NCBI GenBank assembly: GCA_046757025.1
Contig: JBHHXN010000060.1
Coordinates: 1-27,442, forward strand
DNA length: 27,442 nucleotides
Reading direction: 5' to 3'
DNA from: a bacterium
GTDB lineage: Bacteria > Zhuqueibacterota > Zhuqueibacteria > Oceanimicrobiales > Oceanimicrobiaceae
How positions within the stretch are numbered: the first letter of the stretch is position 1; each line of letters starts with the position of its first letter. This document shows, piece by piece, positions 8,542 through 16,876 of this stretch. A model generated the notes under the pieces. That model searched no databases. It saw only the letters and a list, made by a program, of their open reading frames with translations, and had not been told where the DNA came from. The translations under genes and the position numbers were made by a program.

Positions 8542-10320
8542 TTAATTTTGTTCATTAAAAAAGGTGGTCAGGATGATATCGTAATTTGTGGCCGAAGCTT
8601 CGTGATTGTAGCGATACGGTCGGCCACTAATGATCCCGAAAACGCCTTTAAAATCGGTTAATAGTCCATTCACGTTGGTGGGATTGGCTCCCGGATCGGG
8701 ATCCGCGATTCCGCCCACGCCAACGGGAATGCTAAACGTACCTTCATTTTTAAAGATGCTGATTAGCGTGCCGTCAGCCTTTGGTAAGCTGCGTTGATCG
8801 AAAAGCGCAGTGGTGGCGCCGGCATTCGAGATAAAGTCCATGGCGACCAGGCCTAAATCTACCATGGCCTGATTGTCTGGAACCACGCCCGGGATGTTAA
8901 AAGTCCCTCCGCCGCTAAAAAAGCCCGCGCCAAAGTAGTCGGCCTGGGCATTGTCGATCATTCTGAACAGGTTTCGGGTTCCCAGAAGCACATTGCCGCC
9001 GGCAAGCAGGTAGGGTAAAACCGGCGTATCCTGATAGAAAGCCGCACCGCCTGCGAAATCATTCCCGATAAAAACCACCGTGGAGTATTTACCTAAAATA
9101 CCTGCCGGTACTGCGCCCTGGCCATCCAGCGTTTCCCGCACTGTGGCGGGTTTTAAGGTGCCATAAGCATCCCAGAAGGCCACGGAGTGATTGCCCCAGG
9201 ATGATTTCATGGCGATATGATCGTTGATCTGTGAGCCGTAGGTTGGCGGGTCGGTGGTGTTGACAACCAGGATGCCCTGATCCAAACTGGGCGTGGCCAC
9301 GTCAAAATTCACGACGATCAAATTGGAAATCCCGCCGCCGGTATCGATTGCACGCAACCGAAAAGTATGCGTGCCTTCGGGTTGTGGCGCAATGTCAACA
9401 CTGGTGGCGATGGTGTTGGTGAAGTTTACCGGATCATTGAGCGAATATTCGAAATGGTCGATGGCGCCGGCATAATGGGAAGTGGTCGTCTGCCAGCTAA
9501 ATGGCACCCCTACGCCAGTAAACCAGGCGCCGCCGTCACCCGGGCCGCCGGTTTGGCTGAGCACCGGCGTGAAACCGCTGCTGACCAAAAAGCTTCGGGT
9601 TTCGGGTGAGGGGTCGGCTGCGCCGAGGTTGTCCACCGCCACAGCCGAAAAAACGTGGTTGCCGTCGGAGAGTTGAGTGCCGGCTGAAAGTTTGAATTCC
9701 ACGGTAGCTTTGCCGTTGGCGTCGGCCGCAACCGTGGTTTCGGCTCCGCCATCCACCGAGTAGCGGAATTCTACTATGGATCCGTCTTCATCGGAACCGG
9801 CTAATGCGAAGGTGACGCCCGGGCCGGTGTTCTGCCCGTTGGCAGGTCCGGAGTCTATAGCCGTGGACGGCTGCGCGTTGGCTTTGAATTCCGCCGGCAC
9901 GAACACGGCGGATGCCGGCGTGGGATCGATATCCCCCTGATCGTCTTTCCCGCGCACAAAAACCGTGTTCTGGTCGGCTTCGGAAACAAATTCAAGATTA
10001 CCTGTTGCGGTGGTTTTTGTGGAAAACGGCGACCAGCCTCCATCATTGATTTTGACTTGAAAACTGTCTACTTTGCCATCCAAATCAAGACCGGTGAACT
10101 CAACAGTGTAAGTAAACGTGTTGAGATTTAGAACGGCACCGGTGGTATCCGTTTCCAGCTCTACCTTTACCAACGATTTTTTGGTAATGATGGTATCGGG
10201 TGGATCGTTGATACCCTGTACGTCCACTTGAGTGGGGCCTTCCCCGCAATTCCAAATTAACGCAAGAAGAATAAGAAAAAACGTTATCTTTAAATGAGGA
10301 TAATAACGATGCTCTCTCAT
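8542..10320 (-). CDS. Putative lipoprotein, Ig-like repeats plus C-terminal alpha/beta domain (related to 6963..8399)
   Basis: Lipobox-like LIWN-C. Repeated Ig-like units (PPDTII, RGKDDQGDIDPTPA, AVDNLGAADPSPE, EGTHTFRLRAID). C-domain ILVVN...KYSTVVFIG...YLLAGGNVLLG. RBS AAAGGAGG. Confidence 0.72.
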   Translation of the reverse strand: MREHRYYPHLKITFFLILLALIWNCGEGPTQVDVQGINDPPDTIITKKSLVKVELETDTTGAVLNLNTFTYTVEFTGLDLDGKVDSFQVKINDGGWSPFSTKTTATGNLEFVSEADQNTVFVRGKDDQGDIDPTPASAVFVPAEFKANAQPSTAIDSGPANGQNTGPGVTFALAGSDEDGSIVEFRYSVDGGAETTVAADANGKATVEFKLSAGTQLSDGNHVFSAVAVDNLGAADPSPETRSFLVSSGFTPVLSQTGGPGDGGAWFTGVGVPFSWQTTTSHYAGAIDHFEYSLNDPVNFTNTIATSVDIAPQPEGTHTFRLRAIDTGGGISNLIVVNFDVATPSLDQGILVVNTTDPPTYGSQINDHIAMKSSWGNHSVAFWDAYGTLKPATVRETLDGQGAVPAGILGKYSTVVFIGNDFAGGAAFYQDTPVLPYLLAGGNVLLGTRNLFRMIDNAQADYFGAGFFSGGGTFNIPGVVPDNQAMVDLGLVAMDFISNAGATTALFDQRSLPKADGTLISIFKNEGTFSIPVGVGGIADPDPGANPTNVNGLLTDFKGVFGIISGRPYRYNHEASATNYDIILTTFFNEQN

Positions 10321-10779
10321 TTCATCCCTCCTTTAAAATTATCACAGTATGATTAATTACATGGTAACCCGATCGGTTAAGAATGAACTGACCTGATTGT
10401 CGTCGGAAGTTGGTCTAAACCATCAAATGTAAATGGCGCCATTATAATTTGACTGTTGAACAAATACTGAATTTTCAAAATGCTGAAAATCCGTGATTGA
10501 CTGAGACATCGGTTCACGAAAACACGACGAGGCTGCGTTACAACTCTACCCCTCTGAATGGAAAAGCGCCGGTATGTTGCCGGCGGGCTAATTGTAAGCA
10601 ATCTTTCCTCAGATTTGGAACCAAGTTTTTTTCTTAAAAGATCAGTTTAGTTGGCCAGATTCGTTTAATCTTACAGTGCGGGGAAAATACATAAAGTCGA
10701 AAAAGAAGATAATGTTTAAATTGGCTCGGTGAAATGCAATAGGAACCTTGAATTAACTGCGATGTAAAATAATTGTAAG

Positions 10780-10825
10780 AAATCAGATATGACGGCCAAA
10801 ATCCGATATATCGTATATAATCAGG
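10780..10825. promoter_or_regulatory. Candidate repressor operator just downstream of the promoter
   Basis: Perfect palindrome CGATATATCG (10804-10813) and direct repeat AAATC(A/C)GATAT at 10780-10790 and 10799-10809. All lie within about 45 nt downstream of the predicted TSS. Confidence 0.55.
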
Positions 10826-10828
10826 AAC

Positions 10829-10857
10829 ATTATACTAAAAATCGAGTTAAATGTCAA
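10829..10857 (-). promoter_or_regulatory. Perfect sigma70-consensus promoter for the envelope operon
   Basis: Minus strand reads TTGACA (10857-10852) - 17 nt - TATAAT (10834-10829). Confidence 0.85.
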
Positions 10858-11210
10858 GAAGAAATTACAAAAAAGATATAAAAGCTCTACGCGGCACTCG
10901 CATTTTTGAGTTAAAAATATTTCGTCGTCGTTCCACAAAAGCTCATCAATTCATTGGTAATCATTTGATCGTCCTGTATTTTCATGGGAAAATCGCCGGT
11001 GTGTTGGAGAAATTATTTCACTTTTGTGTTATCAATGAACGAGTAGAATCGTGCCGGATTAGATTGTGAATCAAACAAAAATATTTTACGGGTGTAACTT
11101 CTATTACAAAAAGATTGAGAAAATTATTCCCGTTAAGTATTCCATTTCAAAATTGATTGTCGGGTACCTATTTTCATGCTGAGTGCCAATTTAAAATTGG
11201 AAAACCATGT

Positions 11211-11242
11211 TCTTCACCCTGAGCGGAGTCGAAGGGTGAAGA
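11211..11242 (+). repeat. REP-like hairpin (CTGAGCGGAGTCGAAG family)
   Basis: TCTTCACCCTGAGCGGAGTCGAAGGGTGAAGA has complementary arms. The same core recurs at 18169, 22827, 25618 and 25658. Confidence 0.75.
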
Positions 11243-11352
11243 TCGGTAGCTGCTATTATCTCTTGTGAACCCTACAACCATTTCTGAAATGGAGCACGAA
11301 GGGAGAAAATTTATTTCAAATAGTTACTCTTACAATCCAGGAGTCTTAAAGC

Positions 11353-11910
11353 ATGCCGCACACTTTTAATGTAGGGAAAAAATTGAAATCCTTGCGACAG
11401 GAGAGCAATCTGACCATAAAAGAATTGTCTGCGAAATCGGGTGTTTCAACAACTCATATTTCTGATATTGAGCGCGACAACACTTCGCCTACCTTGGCCA
11501 CGCTTATTAAGTTGATCTCCGCATTAGGGCAGGAGACGAGCCTGTTTTTTGAAAGCGAACGCTCCAGAAAAGTTTCTTTTGTTAAAAAGGAGGAACGATC
11601 GTTGATCATCGACAAAAAAAATCAGGTCTATATCGAATCGTTGACCAACGGCATCGTCGATTCAAAATTAAAGGTCATCATCACCAACCCAAAACCCGGG
11701 CATGAAAATATTCCCGGGGGGTATCAGCATCCCGGCGAAGAGTTGATATATTTGGTCAAAGGGAAAATACAGGTCACCCTGGATGGGGAGGCTTACATAC
11801 TTGAATCCGGAGATTCTATCCACTTTCGCAGTGAAATGGTGCACACCATAAAAAACATTACCGATGAAGAAGTGGAATTGATCGCGGTGATCACACCTCC
11901 GAGTTATTAG
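11353..11910 (+). CDS. XRE-family HTH transcriptional regulator with C-terminal cupin domain (PuuR/SutR-like)
   Basis: HTH LTIKELSAKSGVSTTHISDIERDNTSPTLATLIKL; cupin HPGEELIYLVKG...GDSIHF...H. RBS AGGAG. Confidence 0.92.
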   Translation: MPHTFNVGKKLKSLRQESNLTIKELSAKSGVSTTHISDIERDNTSPTLATLIKLISALGQETSLFFESERSRKVSFVKKEERSLIIDKKNQVYIESLTNGIVDSKLKVIITNPKPGHENIPGGYQHPGEELIYLVKGKIQVTLDGEAYILESGDSIHFRSEMVHTIKNITDEEVELIAVITPPSY

Positions 11911-12011
11911 CCCCGGAAACGACACTTCTTCTGCTGCCAGTCTATGGTCTCGCATTGGCCTTTCCCTAAATTAAGCGTTTTTGAGGGGGTGGGTTTGGTG
12001 TTCAAGCTTCA

Positions 12012-12144
12012 GAGCCTGTGTGAAAACATGGTAAAACAAGCCTATGGTTTGTTAAAACAGGTCGATAAATTAAGATAAGTTCTTGTTTTCTTTGCAGTCC
12101 ATACTCGCAAGCAAGATGCTTGCGTTACGTTTTCACACAGTCTC
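12012..12144. mobile_element. 133-bp MITE with 16-bp terminal IRs and 4-bp target duplication TTCA
   Basis: GAGCCTGTGTGAAAAC (12012-12027) / GTTTTCACACAGTCTC (12129-12144), 1 mismatch. TTCA at 12008-12011 and 12145-12148. Internal palindrome CGCAAGCAAGATGCTTGCG (12106-12124). Confidence 0.8.
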
Positions 12145-12233
12145 TTCAGCTTGCCGGGGCGTGGGGAAAACCATCTGAATACGTGTCTTTCAAACCTATC
12201 TTCCAGTGATGAATAAAATCAATGCTCGATCAC

Positions 12234-13655
12234 TCAATTTAGGTTCTCAGAAGATGGTTCGTCTGTAAAACGGGTCTTGCGTCTGGAAGGACGCGGAGCC
12301 GGTGCGGCGATGAGGCTTTCGTTGCCGTCCTTATCATACGCTATCACCCCAAAAGCGTAGTTGTCGATGGAATAACCCGTCAGCGTGAATTCTTTGACTT
12401 TACCTGTAGGGATATATTTTTGATAGGTGGCGTCGGTGGTTTTTCGAATGGCGATTTTGAAGCCTTGCAGGTCGGGTTCGGCCATCTTATGCTCCCAGGT
12501 GAATTTCACCTCATAACCCTGCCGAAACGGTCGTTCCGCAGTTGGAGGCCTTCTGGTTCGGGAAAGTTTTACGTTTTCAGGCGCGGCTGGCGCCAGAGCC
12601 AGACTGGCGAGGGCTGCCGCATTTAGTCTGGCGACTTTGGTTAAATAAGGAAAAGAAACAAATTCAATTTTGTCTTCGAGTGAATGCTGGCGATCGTAAT
12701 TCTCATTGGGTTCGGAAAGACGGATGGCGGCATAGCCTTCCTGGTTGAACGGAATGTGGTCGCCGCCGCGTCCGTAGCGATCTCGACGAAAAATGAGATT
12801 GATGGACAAATTGTTTACGTAGGGTTCCGCCACGCGCTTCAAATGTCTGGCCATTTGTCTGGACGGCGAATCCCACGGTTCTTCGGAAAAACAGCGCAGC
12901 TCGGTGTTGTTGATGCTGCCGTCTCCGCCCAGAATGTTGCCGACGATGTCGTTGGTGATCATGCCGTCGATTTGCAGATTCTGCTTTCTTGCCTCCTGTG
13001 CGTGATAGGTGCTGCCAAACAAACCCTGCTCTTCTCCCGCGTACGCTACAAAAACCAGCGTCGCATCGAATTCATACTGGCTGAGCACCCGCGCCAGCTC
13101 GATAACCACTGCGGTGCCGCTGCCATCGTCGTTGGCGCCGTTTGACGGGCCCTTCCCCGAATAGCTTTCGCGATTGAACGCCACCGTGTCATAGTGACCC
13201 CCCACCACAAACATCCGCTTAGCGGCCGCGGGCATGCTGCCGGGCAGGATGGCCAGCACGTTTTTCATCTGCACTTTGAAATGCTCATAACGACGAAAAT
13301 TTTTTCTGTCCACCTCAAAGGTTTGATAAGCCACTTTTAATCTGCCGCCGCTGGCCTGGCTGAAATTTTGAAATTGTTCATAAATCCAGCGTCGGGCGGC
13401 GCCGATTCCGCGCGTGCTTGAAACCGTATCGGAAAGGGAATGCCGGGTTTCAAAGCTCACCAGCCGGGTCAGATGTTCTTCCAGCTTTTTTTCGGAGATG
13501 TTTTGTACAATCTCATTAATTTGCGTGCTCGCTGACTTTGGGTTACCAGGGGTGTTTCCTGAAAAAGATCTGACCGGTGAGAATCCACCCACTGCCAGGA
13601 TAGAAATCCAGATGAGACTAATCTGAAATTTAATTGTAATGATTTCGTTTTTCAT
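12234..13655 (-). CDS. Secreted M28-family metallopeptidase with C-terminal FN3-like domain
   Basis: Zn-ligand motifs GGHYDT, GANDDGSG, AGEEQGLFGS, NDIVG, GGDH and QHS.ED. N-terminal signal-like segment. C-terminal PAAPENV...GFKI...FGVIAYDKDGNES. Confidence 0.9.
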   Translation of the reverse strand: MKNEIITIKFQISLIWISILAVGGFSPVRSFSGNTPGNPKSASTQINEIVQNISEKKLEEHLTRLVSFETRHSLSDTVSSTRGIGAARRWIYEQFQNFSQASGGRLKVAYQTFEVDRKNFRRYEHFKVQMKNVLAILPGSMPAAAKRMFVVGGHYDTVAFNRESYSGKGPSNGANDDGSGTAVVIELARVLSQYEFDATLVFVAYAGEEQGLFGSTYHAQEARKQNLQIDGMITNDIVGNILGGDGSINNTELRCFSEEPWDSPSRQMARHLKRVAEPYVNNLSINLIFRRDRYGRGGDHIPFNQEGYAAIRLSEPNENYDRQHSLEDKIEFVSFPYLTKVARLNAAALASLALAPAAPENVKLSRTRRPPTAERPFRQGYEVKFTWEHKMAEPDLQGFKIAIRKTTDATYQKYIPTGKVKEFTLTGYSIDNYAFGVIAYDKDGNESLIAAPAPRPSRRKTRFTDEPSSENLN

Positions 13656-13711
13656 TCGATAGTACCTTAATTTTAGTTCAGCTCAATGACCCGAATTTAT
13701 CCGGCGAAGGA

Positions 13712-16105
13712 TTAATTCAAGCTTTCTTCGAATAATTTTAAGATTCTTCGATACTCGTCTGTCCACGAGCTCGGCTCTCGGAAACCGTGACTCTCCAACG
13801 GATAGATGGCCACTTCCCAGTTGGTTTTTCCCAGCTCGATCAATCGCTGCACCAGCCGCACCGTGTCCTGAAAATGCACATTGGTATCGATCATGCCGTG
13901 ACAGATGAGTAGGCGACCTTTCAGTCCTTCCGCGTGGTAAATCGGACTGCTGCGGCGGTAGGCTAGCGTGTCCGCCTGAGGGATGTTGAGAATGTTCGAA
14001 GTGTAGGGATGATTGTAGTGCGCCCAGTCGGTAACGGGCCGCAGAGCGGCGCCTGCTGCGAACACGTCGGGCGCGGTGAACATGGCCATGAACGTGATAA
14101 AGCCGCCATAGGAGCCGCCGTAAATGCCGATACGTTTGGGGTCGATTTGGTGATTTTCCACCAGCCATTTGGCCCCGTCCACTTGATCGGCCAAATCTTT
14201 GCCCCCCATAAAACGATAGATGGCCGTGCGCCAATCCCGACCGTAGCCGGCACTGGCACGGTAATCGATGTCGAGGACGGTGTAGCCCTTGTCTGCCAGG
14301 AGATTGTGAAACATGTATTCGCGGAAATAGCTCGACCACCATTTGTGGGCGTTTTGCAGATAACCGGCACCGTGCACAAATATCACCGCCGCGCCGTTCG
14401 AGTTGTCGGGTCGATATAGCCGGGCGTAAGGCTGTTTGCCGTCGCGCGTGGTAAATTGCACGACTTCGGGTTCCCGCCATGGGTAACTGCGCCACTTCTC
14501 CGTGGTGGAAGTAGTGAGCTGTTTCGCCTGCGCCTTGGTTTGGGCGTTTTGAACGTACAATTCCGGGGGCTTGTTCATGTAGGAATGCCGAATTGCCAGC
14601 TTTCGGCCATCGGGTGACACCACCGCATCGTTGCGGCCGCTCATGCTGGTGAGTCTCTCCCACTTACCGCCGCTAAGGGGCATACGGTAAAAATGCCTCT
14701 CGCCGGGATGGACTTTGTTGGCGCTGAAATACCAGTATTTTTTGTTTCGGGAAATTTTGGGATCGTAAATCTCAAATTCTCCCTGGGTGAGCGCTTTCTT
14801 TTCACCGCTGAACGGATCGCTGACGTAAAGATGACTGAACCCGCTTTCTTCGCTGCAAAACCACACGTGCCGGTTGTCCGGCATCCAGCCCACAGCGCCG
14901 GCAAAACCATTCCAGCTGGAAATATTCGGTCCGCCGATCCAGGCTTCATCATGTTGATGCTCAAAAGATTTCAGTGAGCCGGCCGGCAAATCGAGCGTGG
15001 CTAACCAGCGATCTTTATTGTCCACGGATCTCACAACCACAAAAGCGTGTTGGCCATCGTCGCTCCAATATGGGCCAAAAATTAACACCGAGCGCATTTT
15101 GGGCTTTCGGGGCGCTTTCTTTTTGGTGGTGTCTTGTTTGACGGGTTTATGGGTGAATTCGGGAGCTTCGAAAATGCCCGGTAAACTGTCCGGTTTGATG
15201 TAGATCAGCGTATCCCGCTCCAGATCCACAAAAGCAAATTCCCACTTGTCCTGCGGCGAACCGACTTTGGTGCGGGCGCGGAGGTCCTCGGTGAAACCAC
15301 TTTCGGTGACGTAGGTCGGCACGATGGTGGATTTGATATTCATAGCTTTTTTCACCAGACCAAAAGTAATAAATTTGCCATCCGGCGACAGAGTGGGATT
15401 GCGGACGCTTTTCTTTTCGATATACACTTTCACGGGTTTTTGGGGACTTTCGGCTTCACGTGCGGTGCGTGAGCGCTTACGGCGTTCCAGTCTCTCCCGC
15501 AAAATCTGGATGAGATCTTTTTCCTCATATTTTACAAATTTTTCAGCGTCGGTTTTGGGCTCGGGTTCTTCCTTCTGCTTTTTCCCTTTCTTGAATTCGA
15601 TCAGTTGCACGGTCACACCCGTTTTGCGATCCCACTTGAAAAGATTGGTTGCGCGTTCATAAACGACGGCGTTTTCATCGTGTGAAAAAACCGGATTGCT
15701 TTCGCGGTCGCTGGTTTGGGTGATCTGCGTGGTTTTGTTATTTCGGATGTCATGGAGAAACACATCTCCGTTGCGCGTGAACAGTTTAAATCGATAGTCG
15801 CGGGAGTAGGCACCGCGTGCCGGAATCGCCTGCAATCGTTCCTGCCGGCTGAGTTTCGTCGGCTTGCCTCCCCGTGCGGATACTTTGTAGAGCGAATCCG
15901 AGTCCGCGGCTTCTGGATTCCAGTAGAAGTAGATCCACTTGCCATCTTCGGACCAAAACGGACTTCGGGGAGACGAACCTACCCAGGTTTTCGGGTCTTG
16001 CATGATGGTGGCCACGTCTAATTGAAAACCGGTTTGTGCTGGTAAATTTGCGTTAAAAATGAACGAAAACAACAAAATGGCGAAAAGCCAGAATTGCTTT
16101 TTCAT
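13712..16105 (-). CDS. Secreted S9-family serine peptidase (DPP IV / prolyl oligopeptidase-like)
   Basis: Start moved to ATG 16105 (MKKQFW; RBS GGAGG; signal peptide). TolB/PD40-like propeller repeats (WSEDGK, SPDGK). Nucleophile GGSYGG, with D in HGMIDTNV and H in ESHGF. Confidence 0.92.
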   Translation of the reverse strand: MKKQFWLFAILLFSFIFNANLPAQTGFQLDVATIMQDPKTWVGSSPRSPFWSEDGKWIYFYWNPEAADSDSLYKVSARGGKPTKLSRQERLQAIPARGAYSRDYRFKLFTRNGDVFLHDIRNNKTTQITQTSDRESNPVFSHDENAVVYERATNLFKWDRKTGVTVQLIEFKKGKKQKEEPEPKTDAEKFVKYEEKDLIQILRERLERRKRSRTAREAESPQKPVKVYIEKKSVRNPTLSPDGKFITFGLVKKAMNIKSTIVPTYVTESGFTEDLRARTKVGSPQDKWEFAFVDLERDTLIYIKPDSLPGIFEAPEFTHKPVKQDTTKKKAPRKPKMRSVLIFGPYWSDDGQHAFVVVRSVDNKDRWLATLDLPAGSLKSFEHQHDEAWIGGPNISSWNGFAGAVGWMPDNRHVWFCSEESGFSHLYVSDPFSGEKKALTQGEFEIYDPKISRNKKYWYFSANKVHPGERHFYRMPLSGGKWERLTSMSGRNDAVVSPDGRKLAIRHSYMNKPPELYVQNAQTKAQAKQLTTSTTEKWRSYPWREPEVVQFTTRDGKQPYARLYRPDNSNGAAVIFVHGAGYLQNAHKWWSSYFREYMFHNLLADKGYTVLDIDYRASAGYGRDWRTAIYRFMGGKDLADQVDGAKWLVENHQIDPKRIGIYGGSYGGFITFMAMFTAPDVFAAGAALRPVTDWAHYNHPYTSNILNIPQADTLAYRRSSPIYHAEGLKGRLLICHGMIDTNVHFQDTVRLVQRLIELGKTNWEVAIYPLESHGFREPSSWTDEYRRILKLFEESLN

Positions 16106-16161
16106 GAAAATGTCCCTCCGTTTTCTGATATTTTTTGGAATTGAATGGCCTGGAGTTTTGC

Positions 16162-16189
16162 AAGATAAAAAAATTAAATGAGAATGCAA
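16162..16189 (-). promoter_or_regulatory. Candidate promoter for the peptidase genes
   Basis: Minus strand TTGCAT - 16 nt - TATCTT, about 55 nt upstream of the revised S9 start. Confidence 0.4.
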
Positions 16190-16501
16190 AATAAATTTTA
16201 TATTCAAAGACCTTCCTGCCACCATAAAAGAAGGTGAATTGAGTGTGCACACCATTTTCTGTTTAAAAATGGTTGATGAATTTTGAAGGGAATTGCATCC
16301 ACGTTGGATTGAAACGTGGTGGTCAGATTAGTGAAGGGTACTTTTTTCACCCGTTGCAACACAACCCAGCCTGTTGTCATGCTGGTGGAATCTTTTTTAT
16401 TCGAACAAAATATTCAGTTTGTTAAAAAAATTCTGACAGAATAACAGGGACGCATTTTGAGTTTTTTAAATTGGTTTTTTTAGTTTGTAACTGTTTGATA
16501 T

Positions 16502-16546
16502 AAAAAAACACGGCAGCCGTAATGCCATGTATTCCGGCTGCCGTGT
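16502..16546 (-). terminator. Rho-independent terminator
   Basis: Perfect 12-bp stem ACACGGCAGCCG (16508-16519) / CGGCTGCCGTGT (16535-16546). A-run 16502-16508 is the U-tract on the minus strand. Confidence 0.8.
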
Positions 16547-16732
16547 CGTGATATGAGGAGGAGAGGAAGGTAATATGAAGACCCGGTAATTTTCGATTAT
16601 TTGAACGAAATGAACTTTTATATTTCCTTTCTGTCTTTACATTATAGTGTGATCCTTTCCGCGATTTCTCTCAGATAAATTTGCTTTCTGATTACAAATG
16701 ATTTGATACAAATTAGCATTCTGCAAGGAGAT

Positions 16733-16860
16733 AAAAAAAGAGGGCTCCACTGTCGTTGCAGGCGGATGGAGTTCCTGCAAGGGTGGAGCCGTCTGCATTT
16801 GCTCACGGGAAGGAAAACCGGCATCGGGATGCCGGTTTACTCGAGGAAGAGGTATGAGCG
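16733..16860 (-). ncRNA. Candidate structured RNA / 3'-UTR sRNA with anti-SD tract and terminator
   Basis: Stems GCTCA/TGAGC (16801/16855), AAACCGGCAT/ATGCCGGTTT (16815-16838), and GGCTCCAC/GTGGAGCC with nested TTGCAGG/CCTGCAA (16743-16790). U-tract 16733-16739. Unpaired CCUCUUCCUC and UCCUUCCC. Confidence 0.5.
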
Positions 16861-16876
16861 TGCAAAAAATTTAAAA

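Noticed and set aside
10377..11069. ORFs 10377..10601 (-) and 10851..11069 (+) in the divergent intergenic region
   Set aside because: No RBS or recognisable protein features. The second starts within the -35 box of the opposite-strand promoter.
11183..11297. Possible degenerate MITE shell GTGCCAATTTAAAATTGG / CCATTTCTGAAATGGAGCAC around the REP hairpin
   Set aside because: The IR match needs gaps and several mismatches, and no target duplication is visible.
13683..14663. 326-aa alternative-frame ORF and other long overlapping ORFs (e.g. 2064..2669, 24278..24898)
   Set aside because: Shadow frames of well-supported GC3-rich genes, with no recognisable motifs.
16106..16255. ORF-track N-terminal extension of the S9 peptidase
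   Set aside because: AT-rich promoter-like DNA; the RBS and signal peptide support ATG 16105.
16555..16873. Plus-strand SD + ATG mini-ORFs (MKTR*, MSVQKI*)
   Set aside because: Only 4-6 codons long. The terminator U-tracts are oriented for the minus strand, so the anti-SD RNA reading fits better.
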